From the NCBI GenBank assembly GCA_022616435.1, contig JAKEET010000045.1:18013-82012 (forward strand): a stretch of 64,000 nucleotides of DNA, written 5' to 3'. This DNA comes from Gemmataceae bacterium (GTDB taxonomy: Bacteria > Planctomycetota > Planctomycetia > Gemmatales > Gemmataceae). Positions 31,077 to 41,488 of the stretch are shown here, in pieces. The notes under the pieces are model-generated. The model worked only from the letters and a program-made list of their open reading frames with translations. It searched no databases and was not told where the DNA came from. Every line of letters starts with the position of its first letter. Position 1 is the stretch's first letter. A program made the position numbers and the translations under genes.

Positions 31077-31448
31077 CGGGGATTTCCTCGAGCACACGTA
31101 GACGCCTGAAAAGCGTTTAACCACAAGCCCGCGGGAGGCGGGCGCCCGGAGGATCTGCCGCCGTGGGGGAGGTTCCAACCTGCCCCACCTAAGCAACATG
31201 AGTCGCGGCCCTGCAGTGCGTGGATACCGCTGGGGCAGCCTCGGCAGGCCGGCAGACTCCGCCGGCGAATCTCGTGCGGCAACGCCCGCCGCATGGCTCG
31301 CTGGCCACTCTGCGACGCCCGTCGAAGGCCGCGCCAGCTCAAGCGCCACTCCGCCGCGGCACGTGGGATCGCCGGGCTGCCCCGCTTCCCAACGGCGTTT
31401 TTTTTTCGTGGGGCAAGCGAGCTGTTTGCCCCGGAGAGGAGGTCGCCC

Positions 31449-32552
31449 ATGATCCTCAAGCTCATCAAGATCCAGCGCTACGACGTGGGTCTGTACTTCA
31501 AGGACGGCGCGTTCCGCGGCCTGCTCGACGCCGGTTGGCACGTGTTGTTCCACCCGCTCGGCCGGGTCCGCGTCGATGTGGTGTCGCTGCGCTCGCCGTG
31601 GCTTTTGCACGACAAGCTCGACGTCATCGTGAAGTCGGGCGTCCTCGACGGCCGGGCCAAGGTCGTAGACCTCAAGGACTACGAGCGCGGCCTGGTGTGG
31701 ATCGACGGCCGGTTCGCCCAGGTGCTGCCGGCCGGCCTGTTCGCCTACTGGACGACGATGCGCGACGTGAAGATCGAAGTTGTCGATGCGCGGGCCGTGC
31801 GCTTCGTGCACCGCGACCTGGCGGTCATCGCGGCGTCGCCGGCGGTCGAGCGCGTGCTCGTCCAGCACACGATCCCGGCGGGCCACGTCGGCGCTCTCTA
31901 CCAGGACGGCGAGTTCATCGAGACGCTGCTGGCGGGCCGGCACGCCTTCTGGAAGGGCATTGCCGATGTGAAGCTCGTGCCGATTGACACGCGCGAGTCG
32001 ATCCTCGACGTCGCCGGCCAGGAGATCATGACGGCCGACAAGGTCACGCTGCGGCTCAATGCGCTGGTGACCTACCGGATCACGGACGCCCAGTTGGCGC
32101 TCGGCGTGGCCGATGACGCCCGCCAGGCGCTGTACCGCGAGACGCAGCTCGTGTTGCGCGCGCTGCTCGGCGCTCGCGAGCTGGACGGCTTCCTGGCCGA
32201 CAAGGACGGCGTCGTCACGGAGCTGGAGCAGGGCCTGCGGCGCCGGGCGCCGGCCCTGGGCGTGGACGTGATCTCGGTCGGCATCCGCGACGTCATCTTG
32301 CCGGGCGAGATGAAGGACCTGCTCAACAAGGTGACGGAAGCCAAGAAGGCGGCCGAGGCCAACCTGATCGCGCGGCGTGAGGAAACGGCCGCGATGCGCA
32401 GCCAGGCCAACACGGCCAAGCTGCTCCAGGACAACCCGACGCTCATGCGGCTGCGTGAGCTGGAGGTCCTGGAAAAGGTGGCCGCCACGTCGAAGCTGAA
32501 CGTCGTGCTCGGCGACAAGGGATTGACGGAGCGCGTCGTGAACGTGTTGTAA
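31449..32552 (+). CDS. SPFH/Band-7 (stomatin/prohibitin-like) domain protein
   Basis: MILKLIKIQRYDVGLYFKDGAF... and the coiled-coil-rich C-terminus are typical of SPFH proteins. A strong SD (GGAGAGGAGG) precedes the ATG 31449. The track ORF begins upstream at 31293 with a junk extension. Confidence 0.7.
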   Translation: MILKLIKIQRYDVGLYFKDGAFRGLLDAGWHVLFHPLGRVRVDVVSLRSPWLLHDKLDVIVKSGVLDGRAKVVDLKDYERGLVWIDGRFAQVLPAGLFAYWTTMRDVKIEVVDARAVRFVHRDLAVIAASPAVERVLVQHTIPAGHVGALYQDGEFIETLLAGRHAFWKGIADVKLVPIDTRESILDVAGQEIMTADKVTLRLNALVTYRITDAQLALGVADDARQALYRETQLVLRALLGARELDGFLADKDGVVTELEQGLRRRAPALGVDVISVGIRDVILPGEMKDLLNKVTEAKKAAEANLIARREETAAMRSQANTAKLLQDNPTLMRLRELEVLEKVAATSKLNVVLGDKGLTERVVNVL

Positions 32553-32744
32553 CGTAAGAATCACCACGGATTTCACGGTTCACACGGATCATGAAGGACT
32601 CTTCGATCCGTGTGATCCGTGGAATCTGTGGTTTGCCTGGTTTGGTCGCCATCCGTCGTTTTCGCTGGAAATCTGGTTGCGGCCATCGCATTCGGCGGGT
32701 ACACTTCCATTGTCAACTTCAAGCAGCCTGCCTGGGGGGATCAC

Positions 32745-33050
32745 ATGGAACAACGATTCGAAGGCAGCCCGCGCGCCATGATCTACTTGCAGGGGCGGCG
32801 CGTGCACCGGACCGAGGTCTACCACGATTGGGGCCTGCGCCTCCAGTGGGTGATCCGCCGCAACGGCCAGGTGATCGCCACCGTCCCCGCTCGCGCCGAC
32901 GCCAGCTACGAGCACCCCGACGCGGCGCCCGGCAACTACGAGATCGTCTTGCAATCGTGGAAGTACGTCAACTACCGCAAGAACCCGCAAGGCGAATTCA
33001 CCGACAGCCGGTTCATCGATATCTCGAACCAGGTGTCGTACACCGTTTGA
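32745..33050 (+). CDS. small hypothetical protein (~101 aa). The longest ORF starts at 32619
   Basis: The ATG 32745 is preceded by GGGGGGA. Translation is protein-like (MEQRFEGSPRAMIYLQGRRVHRTEVYHDWGLRLQWVIRRNGQ...). Confidence 0.4.
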   Translation: MEQRFEGSPRAMIYLQGRRVHRTEVYHDWGLRLQWVIRRNGQVIATVPARADASYEHPDAAPGNYEIVLQSWKYVNYRKNPQGEFTDSRFIDISNQVSYTV

Positions 33051-33062
33051 ATCCCGCCCGCA

Positions 33063-33120
33063 TTCGCCGCTTGCGGCTTAGCGCTCGCGCCAACCTACCG
33101 CAAACGCTAAGCCGCAAGCG
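33063..33120. repeat. REP-like palindrome family D (CCGCTTGCGGCTTAGCGCTCGCG … CGCTAAGCCGCAAGCGG). Related copies occur at 43491-43544 (inside a CDS) and ~41405-41460
   Basis: 17-bp inverted arms are read directly. It is intergenic between 32745..33050 and the DUF1501 gene. Confidence 0.65.
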
Positions 33121-33153
33121 GCATCACGATTCCTCCGCAAGGAGCGCCTTCCC

Positions 33154-34539
33154 ATGTTGAATATCGGCAACGTCAAGGTTCCGGTGTGCCACGGCCACGG
33201 CTTCAGCCGCCGCAGCTTTTTGCAGGCCGGTACGGCGGGCATGGCCGGCATGGTGTTGCCGAACTTGCTTGGTCTTGGATCGGCCGGCGCCGTCGAATCA
33301 CGCCGCGCCCGCATCAAGAACTGCATCACGATCTTCCTCGTTGGCTCGCCGGGCCACCTCGACACCTGGGACATGAAGCCCGACGCTCCGGAGAACGTGC
33401 GCGGCAAGTTCAAGCCGATCCGCACCAACGTCGCCGGCGTGCAGATCTGCGAGCACTTCCCGCTCATGGCGCGAATGATGAACAAGGTGTCGCTGATCCG
33501 CAGCCTGCACCACCGCACCGGCGCCACCCACGAGAACGGCCAGCGCTGGATGATGACCGGCCACGACTTCAACGCCGACAGCATGAAGCCGCACTGCGGC
33601 AGCGTGGTGTCGCGCATGTTCGGCCAGAAGAGCGAATTGCCGGCCAACGTGGTCCTTCCCGGCCCGATCGGCAACACCGGCGCCGGCCCGCTCCATGGCC
33701 AGACCGCGGCGCACCTCGGCAGCGCTCACGAACCGTTCTTCCTGAACGCCGATCCGGCGGCCCGCGATTTCCGGGTCGGCGATCTGGAAGCGCCCGCGGG
33801 CACGTCGGCCTCACGGCTCGACGCGCGCCGGCAACTGCTCGATCAGCTCGACCAGATTCAACGCCGCACCGAGACGCGCAGCACGCAGATGCACGATAGC
33901 TCCTATGAACGGGCCTTTCGCTTGCTGACATCCCAGCGCGCCAAGGACGCGTTCGATCTGGACAAGGAGCCGCACCGTTTGCGCGATCGCTATGGCCGCA
34001 ATACGTTCGGGCAAAGTTGCCTGATGGCCCGCCGGCTGATCGAGGGCGGCGTCCGCTACGTGACCGTCAATCACTTCGACACGGTCTTCAACCTGACCTG
34101 CTGGGACATGCACGCCGACGGCGGCGGTTTGAACAATACTTATCTCGACTACGAGCGCCACCTGTGCCCGCAGTTCGACTGGGCCTTCACCGCCCTGATC
34201 GAGGACCTGGAACAACGCGGCCTGCTGCAAGAGACGGTCGTCGCCGTGCTGAGCGAGTTCGGCCGCACGCCGCAAGTGAACGGCCGCGGCGGCCGCGACC
34301 ACTACCCGCAGGCCTGGACCAACTTCCTGTGCGGCGGCAACATCCGCGGCGGCCAGGTGGTCGGCGCCACCGACCGCATCGGCTCGCGGCCGATCGACAG
34401 CCCGGTCGAGCCGCCGCAGATCCTGGCCACGATCTACCACGGCATGGGCATCGATCTCGACAACACCATGATGCCCGGCCCCGGCGAACGGCCGATCCGG
34501 CTGGTGGAAGCGGAGCCGATCCGGCAGTTGTTTGTGTGA
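33154..34539 (+). CDS. DUF1501 family protein (sulfatase-like, Tat signal), Planctomycete hallmark
   Basis: Tat motif SRRSFLQAGTAGMAGM and conserved DUF1501 blocks (TIFLVGSPGHLDTWDMKP; RSLHHRTGATHENG; HYPQAWTNFLCGGNIRGGQVVGATD). Confidence 0.85.
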   Translation: MLNIGNVKVPVCHGHGFSRRSFLQAGTAGMAGMVLPNLLGLGSAGAVESRRARIKNCITIFLVGSPGHLDTWDMKPDAPENVRGKFKPIRTNVAGVQICEHFPLMARMMNKVSLIRSLHHRTGATHENGQRWMMTGHDFNADSMKPHCGSVVSRMFGQKSELPANVVLPGPIGNTGAGPLHGQTAAHLGSAHEPFFLNADPAARDFRVGDLEAPAGTSASRLDARRQLLDQLDQIQRRTETRSTQMHDSSYERAFRLLTSQRAKDAFDLDKEPHRLRDRYGRNTFGQSCLMARRLIEGGVRYVTVNHFDTVFNLTCWDMHADGGGLNNTYLDYERHLCPQFDWAFTALIEDLEQRGLLQETVVAVLSEFGRTPQVNGRGGRDHYPQAWTNFLCGGNIRGGQVVGATDRIGSRPIDSPVEPPQILATIYHGMGIDLDNTMMPGPGERPIRLVEAEPIRQLFV

Positions 34540-34878
34540 GCGCGGATCGAATGCGTAACGCTGACTCGCGAGAAGCCCATGCATCAAACCGATGAAGCAG
34601 TCTCCAATGATAACGGCGACGCCAACTGTCTGAATGAAGCTGCTTTGCTAAGTGAAGCGGCTCTCGCTGAAGACTGGAATCGGCCTGAGGAGGATGCGGC
34701 GTGGTCGTACCTTCGCCGCGCAGAATAGCCAAGTGCGTTCGATCTTCGGCACACACGCACGCCAGCCTGTTGCTGAGATCCGTCGGAACCCTGACCGATC
34801 CCGCCTTTGATGTCTCATCGCGAGTGTCGTACAACTGTTCCTTCCCCGCAACAAGCCGTAATCGCAGATTTGTCAGTC

Positions 34879-37197
34879 ATGCATGCCGAATCTACTCGTA
34901 GTCAGTTAGCTGTGCTAACCTTGCTGGCTCTTGGTCTGCCGCTCGGAGCTGCCGAGCCCGCCCTCCGCAACCTCAACGTCCGCGGCCTGCAGATCAACGG
35001 CACCACGACGCTCGTCTGCGACGGCGACGACTTCGGCAAGGCGCCGCGCCTGCTGTTGCCGTTCCGCGCCAAGCAAGTCCTCAAGCCCGGCTCGACCGAC
35101 AAGCAAGCCACGTTCGACGTCACGCTGTCCGACGAGGTTGTTCCCGGCTATCACCATGTGCGCATCGTCACGGACGGCGGCGTCAGCCTGCCGGTCGTCG
35201 TCGCCGTCGATCGTCTGCCGCAGCGTCCCTTCACCGCCTCCATCGACCCGTTGCCCGTGGCCCTGCACGGTTCCGTCGGCGGCAGTCAGACTCTCGAAAC
35301 CAGGTTCACCGGCAAAGCCGGCCAGAAGGTGATGGTCGAAGTCGAGGCGCAACGCTTGGGAAGCAAGTTGCGGCCGATCCTGCACCTGAACAGTCCGAAG
35401 AACCTGCAGCTCGCGTGGGCGTGGGGAACGCCAGCGCTGTTCGGCGACACCCGGCTGGAAGCGACGCTGCCCGCGGACGGTGTGTATTCCGTCACGCTGC
35501 ATGACGCCGAATATGCGGCGCCGGCCCCGAACTTCTTCCGCCTGCGGATCGGCCAGTGGGCCTACGTGGATCAAGTGTTCCCGCCGGCCGTGCGCATCGG
35601 CTCGAAGCAAGGGCTCGAGGCCATTGGCCGATCGTCGCGCGCACCCACGGATCACGTCGAGTCCATCACCCCCGGCATCGTCCCGCTTGGCTTCCACGGA
35701 ATCGACGAGAGCGGTCCGCAGCCGTTTGTGATCATCAGTCCGCATCCAGAGGTCAATGAGCAGCTCGCCCCCGGAAAGCTGCTGGAGATCCCGACGAGGC
35801 CGCAAGGTGTGAATGGACGCCTGAGCGCGCCGTTCGAGGAGGATCGCTTCAAGCTCGCCGTGGTTCCGCTGACCAAGATCCGCTTCGACGTTTTTGCCGA
35901 GCGTCTCGGCTCGCCGATCGATGTCGCCCTGGTAATCCGGAATGAAAAAGGCGACCAGCTCGCTCGTGCCGAGGACGGCGCCGGCACCCTCGATCCGGCG
36001 CTGGAGTACGCCGTGCCGGACAAGGTGACGACGGTCATCGTCGGCATCGTCGATGCCCAGGGACGCGGCGGCCCGCGCGGCATCTACCGCCTGGCCATCA
36101 AGCCGCAGTCGCCGGCGGTGTTGTACGACTGCAAACTCAGCACACCGGTCCAGCGCGTGACGCTGCCTCTGGGCGGCCGCAGCGTCATTCCTGTGGTGGT
36201 CGAGCGCCGCGGCTTTCAGGGTGAGATTGAATTGTCGCCGATCGTCTTCCTCCATGACGCAACCAAGGCGATCAAGTTCGAAGGAACGGTCATTCCCGAT
36301 GGCGCCGATGGCACGCTGCTCTCCTTGACGCGGAACGATTCGCCATTCGAGGCCTTCGTCAGCAGGTTGCGCGGCCGCGACGCCGGCGACAGAGAGCAGC
36401 CGGTGATCGTCAAGGGCCATCCGCTGGAGCGCCTGCAACCGTGGCTGGCGACGGAGATCGCGGTCGCCCCGAGCGCCGCGAAGGCCGCCGATTTCCAGGT
36501 TGCCTTCGGCAGCTTGCCGTCGGACGCCGCCATCGTCCCCGGCAACAAGCTCAAGCTGCCGATCAACGTGACCCGTACGAACCCGAAGACGGTCGTGAAG
36601 CTCACGCTGCTGACGAGCCAGCTGGCGCCGCTGGTCAACAACCAGCCCGATCCGAACAAGACGATCCGGCAGGAAAAGCCGGTCGAGCTGGGCGACAAGG
36701 CAGCGAGCGGTGAGTTGGACGTCGTCGTGCCGGTCGAGTTGCCGTCTCCCGTCTACGACATCGCCGTGCAAGCGGAGCTGTTGACGCCGGATAAGAAGAT
36801 CGTGCTGGCCAGCGCCGTCACGCCGGTGCGTCGCTTGCCTGTGCGTTTGCCATTGGTGGTGAGCCTCGATGGCCCTGCTCGAATTGACGTCGCGCTGGAT
36901 GCGAAGAAGGGCGCCACGCTGAAGGTTCCCGGCAAGATCGAACGTCGCGAAAGCCTGAAGGGCGACGTGGCCGTGACCCTGACCGGACTGCCGCCCGGCG
37001 CGAAGGCCGACGCGGTCACCGTGAAGGCCGACGCGATCGCATTCACGCTGAACGTCGCGCTGCCGCCGAATGTGCCGGCCGGCGAGGTCCGGGGCCTGAA
37101 ACTCGCCGCCAGCGCCGCGCCCGATCCGAAACAGCCCGCCCGTCGCGTCAAGAGCCGCGACGTGGAGGTGACCCTGGTCGTGAAGACCGCGAAATAA
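34879..37197 (+). CDS. large secreted hypothetical protein (772 aa, signal peptide). It sits between the DUF1501 and DUF1549/DUF1553 genes
   Basis: MHAESTRSQLAVLTLLALGLPLGAAEP signal with ATG 34879. There is no family I can name. The antisense 1641-aa ORF 34915..39840 is rejected. Confidence 0.55.
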   Translation: MHAESTRSQLAVLTLLALGLPLGAAEPALRNLNVRGLQINGTTTLVCDGDDFGKAPRLLLPFRAKQVLKPGSTDKQATFDVTLSDEVVPGYHHVRIVTDGGVSLPVVVAVDRLPQRPFTASIDPLPVALHGSVGGSQTLETRFTGKAGQKVMVEVEAQRLGSKLRPILHLNSPKNLQLAWAWGTPALFGDTRLEATLPADGVYSVTLHDAEYAAPAPNFFRLRIGQWAYVDQVFPPAVRIGSKQGLEAIGRSSRAPTDHVESITPGIVPLGFHGIDESGPQPFVIISPHPEVNEQLAPGKLLEIPTRPQGVNGRLSAPFEEDRFKLAVVPLTKIRFDVFAERLGSPIDVALVIRNEKGDQLARAEDGAGTLDPALEYAVPDKVTTVIVGIVDAQGRGGPRGIYRLAIKPQSPAVLYDCKLSTPVQRVTLPLGGRSVIPVVVERRGFQGEIELSPIVFLHDATKAIKFEGTVIPDGADGTLLSLTRNDSPFEAFVSRLRGRDAGDREQPVIVKGHPLERLQPWLATEIAVAPSAAKAADFQVAFGSLPSDAAIVPGNKLKLPINVTRTNPKTVVKLTLLTSQLAPLVNNQPDPNKTIRQEKPVELGDKAASGELDVVVPVELPSPVYDIAVQAELLTPDKKIVLASAVTPVRRLPVRLPLVVSLDGPARIDVALDAKKGATLKVPGKIERRESLKGDVAVTLTGLPPGAKADAVTVKADAIAFTLNVALPPNVPAGEVRGLKLAASAAPDPKQPARRVKSRDVEVTLVVKTAK

Positions 37198-37198
37198 C

Positions 37199-37290
37199 CG
37201 GCATTCGTTTAGCCCCGGTTCGCAGAACCGGGACGGACGGTTCGCAGAACCGGGACGGACGGTTCGCAGAACCGGGGCGGACCGACGACC
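37199..37290. repeat. tandem array of REP family C hairpins (GTTTAGCCCCGGTTCGCAGAACCGGGACGGAC followed by 2 more GGTTCGCAGAACCGGG[A/G]CGGAC units)
   Basis: Each unit is itself a short palindrome (CCCGGTTC-GCA-GAACCGGG). It sits directly after the stop of 34879..37197. Confidence 0.7.
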
Positions 37291-37359
37291 GACCGAAACT
37301 GATATACTCATCGGGGACCCTGCCCGCGTCGCTCTGCGAGCGGTGACCAAAAACTTGAG

Positions 37360-39828
37360 GTGATTGACATGGTTGCGCGCTGGCCAGTCCTCGTCGCGGT
37401 TGCCCTTGGCGTCTCGGCCGTCCGAGATGCCGGCGCTCAAGATCCCATGCCCGCGCCCGCATCGATCACGGTCCAGCCGGCCACCCTGGAATTGCGCCAG
37501 CACCGCCAGCCGCACTCCCTTCAAGTGCTCGGCGTTTCCGCCGACGGCTACTCCGTCGATCTCCGCGCTCAAGCGAAATTCACCAGCGCCCATCCCGCCG
37601 TCGCGGCCGTCGATCCTCAGGGCTGGGTGCAGCCGAAGTCGAACGGCCAAACCACGATCACGGTCGTCGCCGCCGGGCAAACGCGAACGGTGCCGGTGAA
37701 GGTCCAGCTTCCCGCGACCGAGCCGCCGCTGAGCTTTCGCCACGAAGTCATGGCGGTGCTGTCCCGCGCCGGCTGCAACCAGGGGGCCTGCCACGGCTAC
37801 TCGCTCGGCAAGAACGGCTTCAAGCTGTCGCTGCGCGGCTCGGACCCGGAGCCGGATTATTTCGCCATCGCCCGCGAGCTCAATAGCCGGCGCGTGAACT
37901 TCATTGCGCCCGCCGCCAGCCTGGTCGTCGCCAAGGCCCGCGGCGAGGTCCCGCACGAAGGCGGCGTGCGCTTCTCGCGCGCCAGCCTCGAAAACGACAT
38001 CCTCGTGAGATGGATTCAACACGGCGCTCCGAACGATCTGGCGGACAAGGCCCATGTCGTCGGCGTGCGTCTCGTCCCGGACAAGCTCGTGCTGCAACCC
38101 GGCCAGAAACATCGTCTCCAATTCCTGGCCACCTATGACGACGGCACGGTTCGCGATGTGACGCGCCTCGGCATTCTGTCGGCGAACAACACGCAATTCG
38201 CGGATGTGGATGAAGAAGGCGTCGTCACCGCCGGCGACGCCGGCGAGACTGTCATCGTCGGCCGCTTCGAGCGAACCTTCGCCGCATCGAGCGTCATGGT
38301 GCTCAAGCCCGATGCGGCGTTCAAATCCACGCCGGTCCCGCAAGACCACCTGATCGACAAGCACGTCGTCGACAAACTCAACCGCGTGAAGATCACGCCT
38401 TCGCCGCCGGCCGGGGATGAGGAGTTCCTGCGCCGCGTGTTTCTCGACCTGATCGGCGTGCAGCCCAAGCCGGATGAAGTCCGCGCGTTCCTGGCCGACA
38501 AGAACCCGAAGAAACGCGAGCAGATCATCGACAGCCTGTTCGCCCGGCCGGAATTCGTCGATCACTGGTCGCTCAAGTGGGGCGACCTGCTGCAGAACTC
38601 GCGCAACGCGGTCAGCCAGCAATCGGTGTACCTGTTCCGCGAGTTCATCCGCAGCGCCGTCGCCTCGAACATGCCGCTCGACGAATTCGCGCGCAAGCTG
38701 GTCACGGCCCGCGGCGGCGCCGTCGATAACCCCGCCAGCGTTTACTTCGCCATCAGCAAGGACACCAACGACACCGTCGAGCGCGCCACGCAAGTCTTCT
38801 GCGGCGTGCGCATGCTGTGCGCCCGCTGCCATTCGCATCCGCTCGAAAACTGGACGCAGGCCGATTACTACGGCCTGGCCAGCTTCTTCACGCAGGTGAG
38901 TCCGCGCCAGGACGGCCGGCTTCGCAATGTCGGCAACGCCAAGCTGATCCAGGTGAACCGCGCCGCCGGCGACGCGACCAACCCGCGCACCAATCGGCCG
39001 CAGCCGCCGCGCTTCCTGGGCGGCGTCGAGCCAACGCTGGCCGCCGGCGTCGATCGCCGCGAGGCCTACGCGAAATGGTTGACGGCGCCCGACAATCCGT
39101 TCTTCGCCCGCGGCCTGGTGAACCGCTACTGGAGCTACTTCTTCCATCGCGGCATCATCGACCCCGTGGACGACATCCGCAGCACCAACCCGCCGATCAA
39201 TCCCGCGCTGCTCGACGCCTTGACGAAGGACTTCATCGACGCGAAATTCGATGTGCGTCACCTGATGCGCCGCATCGCCACGTCGGCGACCTACCAGCGG
39301 ACCAGCGTTCCCAACGCGTCGAACAAGTACGACGAGCAGAACTTCTCGCACGCCATCCCGCGGCGCGTGCCGGCCGAGGCGCTGCTCGACTCGCTCGTCC
39401 AGGCCACCGGCGTCCCGGAGAACTTCGGCGGCGCCCCCGGCGGCTTCCGGGCCGCCCAGTTGCCCGACGGCAACGTCGACAGCGACTTCTTGAAGCTCTT
39501 CGGCAAGGCGCAACGCATGGAGGCCTGCGAGTGCGAGCGCGACAACACCTCGAACATGCTGCAGGCGCTGCACTTCATCAACGGCAAGACGATCCTGAGC
39601 CGCGTGCAGAATCCGGCCGGCCGCGTCATGCAGCTCTTGAAGCAGAAACTGCCGGACGACAAGCTCGTGACCGAGCTGTTCCTGTGGTCGCTGGCCCGGC
39701 ACCCGCGCCCGGAGGAGTTGAAGGTGACGGTCGAGTTCTTCCGCTCCTATGGCGACCGGAAGGCTGAAGCCGCTCAAGACCTGTTCTGGGCGCTCTTGAA
39801 CAGCCGCGACTTCTTGATGGTGCATTGA
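37360..39828 (+). CDS. DUF1549/DUF1553 (PSD1/PSCyt-type) protein, Planctomycete hallmark
   Basis: CNQGACHGYSLGKNGFKLSLRG (DUF1549 block) near the N-terminus and a DUF1553-like C-terminal region (CECERDNTSNMLQALHFINGKTI...DLFWALLNSRDFLMVH). Signal peptide present. Confidence 0.85.
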   Translation: MIDMVARWPVLVAVALGVSAVRDAGAQDPMPAPASITVQPATLELRQHRQPHSLQVLGVSADGYSVDLRAQAKFTSAHPAVAAVDPQGWVQPKSNGQTTITVVAAGQTRTVPVKVQLPATEPPLSFRHEVMAVLSRAGCNQGACHGYSLGKNGFKLSLRGSDPEPDYFAIARELNSRRVNFIAPAASLVVAKARGEVPHEGGVRFSRASLENDILVRWIQHGAPNDLADKAHVVGVRLVPDKLVLQPGQKHRLQFLATYDDGTVRDVTRLGILSANNTQFADVDEEGVVTAGDAGETVIVGRFERTFAASSVMVLKPDAAFKSTPVPQDHLIDKHVVDKLNRVKITPSPPAGDEEFLRRVFLDLIGVQPKPDEVRAFLADKNPKKREQIIDSLFARPEFVDHWSLKWGDLLQNSRNAVSQQSVYLFREFIRSAVASNMPLDEFARKLVTARGGAVDNPASVYFAISKDTNDTVERATQVFCGVRMLCARCHSHPLENWTQADYYGLASFFTQVSPRQDGRLRNVGNAKLIQVNRAAGDATNPRTNRPQPPRFLGGVEPTLAAGVDRREAYAKWLTAPDNPFFARGLVNRYWSYFFHRGIIDPVDDIRSTNPPINPALLDALTKDFIDAKFDVRHLMRRIATSATYQRTSVPNASNKYDEQNFSHAIPRRVPAEALLDSLVQATGVPENFGGAPGGFRAAQLPDGNVDSDFLKLFGKAQRMEACECERDNTSNMLQALHFINGKTILSRVQNPAGRVMQLLKQKLPDDKLVTELFLWSLARHPRPEELKVTVEFFRSYGDRKAEAAQDLFWALLNSRDFLMVH

Positions 39829-39924
39829 GCCGCGGAACACTAATCCGCGCTAATCTTCGCTCATGGAACGGGATCAGTGTCGATTCGTGGCGATTAGCGT
39901 TCCCCCATGACCGGTTGATGGAAC

Positions 39925-41406
39925 ATGTCCATCTCCCTTGTTCATGTTCTGCGGTCAACGGTCCAGCAACGAGCACCGCTTCCTGCGCTCGTGGTCCAAG
40001 GTCGAACCTTGTCATACTCGGAGCTGGACGCCCTGGCGCGCCGCGGCGCCGCGTTGCTGCAAAGTTTGGGTGTCGAACCCGGTGACCGCGTCGTCGTGTG
40101 CACCGCCAACAAGCTGGCGTTCCTCATTGGCCATCTGGCGACGCTGTACGCCGGCGGCATCTCGTTGCCTCTGAACCCACGCTTCACGCGCGAGGAGCTT
40201 CGGTTCTTCCTCGGCGACAGCGGCGCCCGCGTTGCCTTGGTCGATGATTCGGTTCGACCCGTTGTTGATTCACTGCAACCGGAATTGCCGGAGTTGCGCG
40301 CGGTCATTCCCGACGTCGCGATCGTGGACACGCCGCTGGGCGTCTATCGGGAACCGGCCATCGCGGCGAGCGATCCGTGCCTGATCGTCTACAGCTCCGG
40401 CACCACCGGCTGGCCGAAAGGGATCGTGCACACCCACGCCAATGTCGCGTCGAGCCTGGTCGCGCTGCAACGCTGCTGGCGGTTCACGCCCGACGATGTC
40501 GTTCTCAACGTGCTGCCCCTTTTTCACATCCACGGCTTGTCGTTCGCGACCCAGCTCACGCTCATGACCGGCGGCTGCGTGATCCTCGATGACTTCCATC
40601 CGCACGAAACCCTCGAGCGTCTCGCCGACTGCACCATCTTCATGGCGGTACCGACCATCTACTATCGATTCCTGGAAGAGCCGACGTTCCGCGACGCCGC
40701 CCGAACCTGGTCGAAGGTCAGGCTCTTCACGTGCGGCTCGGCGCCGATTCGCGCCGAAGTGCTGCCGGAACTGGAAGCGATCCTCGGCCGGCCGGTCATC
40801 AATCGTTACGGCATGACCGAGGCGTTCGTGATCACCAGCCTGCCGCTCGACGGACCCTGGCCGTGCGGTTCCGTCGGGCTGCCGCTCGACGGCGTCGAAG
40901 TGCGGGTGATGATGGAAGACCGTGCGGCCGAGCCGGGCGAAGTCGGCGCCGTGCAACTGCGCGGGCCGAACCTGTTTCGTGAATACTGGCGGCAGCCCGA
41001 AGCGACGCGCGCCGCCTTCGCCAGCGGCTGGTTCGACACCGGCGATCTCGGCTCGCGCGACGCCGCCGGGTTCCTCACGCTCGTCGGCCGCAAGCACGAT
41101 CTGATCATCACCAGCGGCTTCAACGTCTATCCGCAGGTGGTCGAGCGCGTCATCAACAGTTGCCCCGGCGTGCGCGAGTCGGCCGTGGTGGGCGTTGCCG
41201 ACGCGCGCAAGGGCGAACGCGTGGCCGCCGCCGTCGTCCGCGATGACCAGACGCTCGACGAAGATCAATTGCGCATGTTCTGGAATGAGCGGCTCGTTGA
41301 TTACCAACGGCCCAGGGACATCCTGTTCGTGGATGCACTGCCGCGCAATGCGCTTGGCAAAGTGCTGCGCCGCGCGCTGCGCGATCGGATAGAACAATCG
41401 ACATGA
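39925..41406 (+). CDS. AMP-dependent synthetase/ligase (acyl-CoA synthetase family)
   Basis: YSSGTTGWPKG (AMP-binding motif), YGMTE, GWFDTGD and ...LPRNALGKVLRRAL. Confidence 0.85.
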   Translation: MSISLVHVLRSTVQQRAPLPALVVQGRTLSYSELDALARRGAALLQSLGVEPGDRVVVCTANKLAFLIGHLATLYAGGISLPLNPRFTREELRFFLGDSGARVALVDDSVRPVVDSLQPELPELRAVIPDVAIVDTPLGVYREPAIAASDPCLIVYSSGTTGWPKGIVHTHANVASSLVALQRCWRFTPDDVVLNVLPLFHIHGLSFATQLTLMTGGCVILDDFHPHETLERLADCTIFMAVPTIYYRFLEEPTFRDAARTWSKVRLFTCGSAPIRAEVLPELEAILGRPVINRYGMTEAFVITSLPLDGPWPCGSVGLPLDGVEVRVMMEDRAAEPGEVGAVQLRGPNLFREYWRQPEATRAAFASGWFDTGDLGSRDAAGFLTLVGRKHDLIITSGFNVYPQVVERVINSCPGVRESAVVGVADARKGERVAAAVVRDDQTLDEDQLRMFWNERLVDYQRPRDILFVDALPRNALGKVLRRALRDRIEQST

Positions 41407-41488
41407 CGCCGCTGGCGGCTTGGCGCTCGCGATTCTGGCCGGACGCGCGAGCGCGAAACAGCAAGCGAGCTGACCTTGTGGGATTCTG

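Noticed and set aside
34915-39840. 1641-aa ORF on the - strand
   Set aside because: It is antisense to the DUF1549/DUF1553 gene and the 772-aa secreted protein. It has no domains and biased composition.
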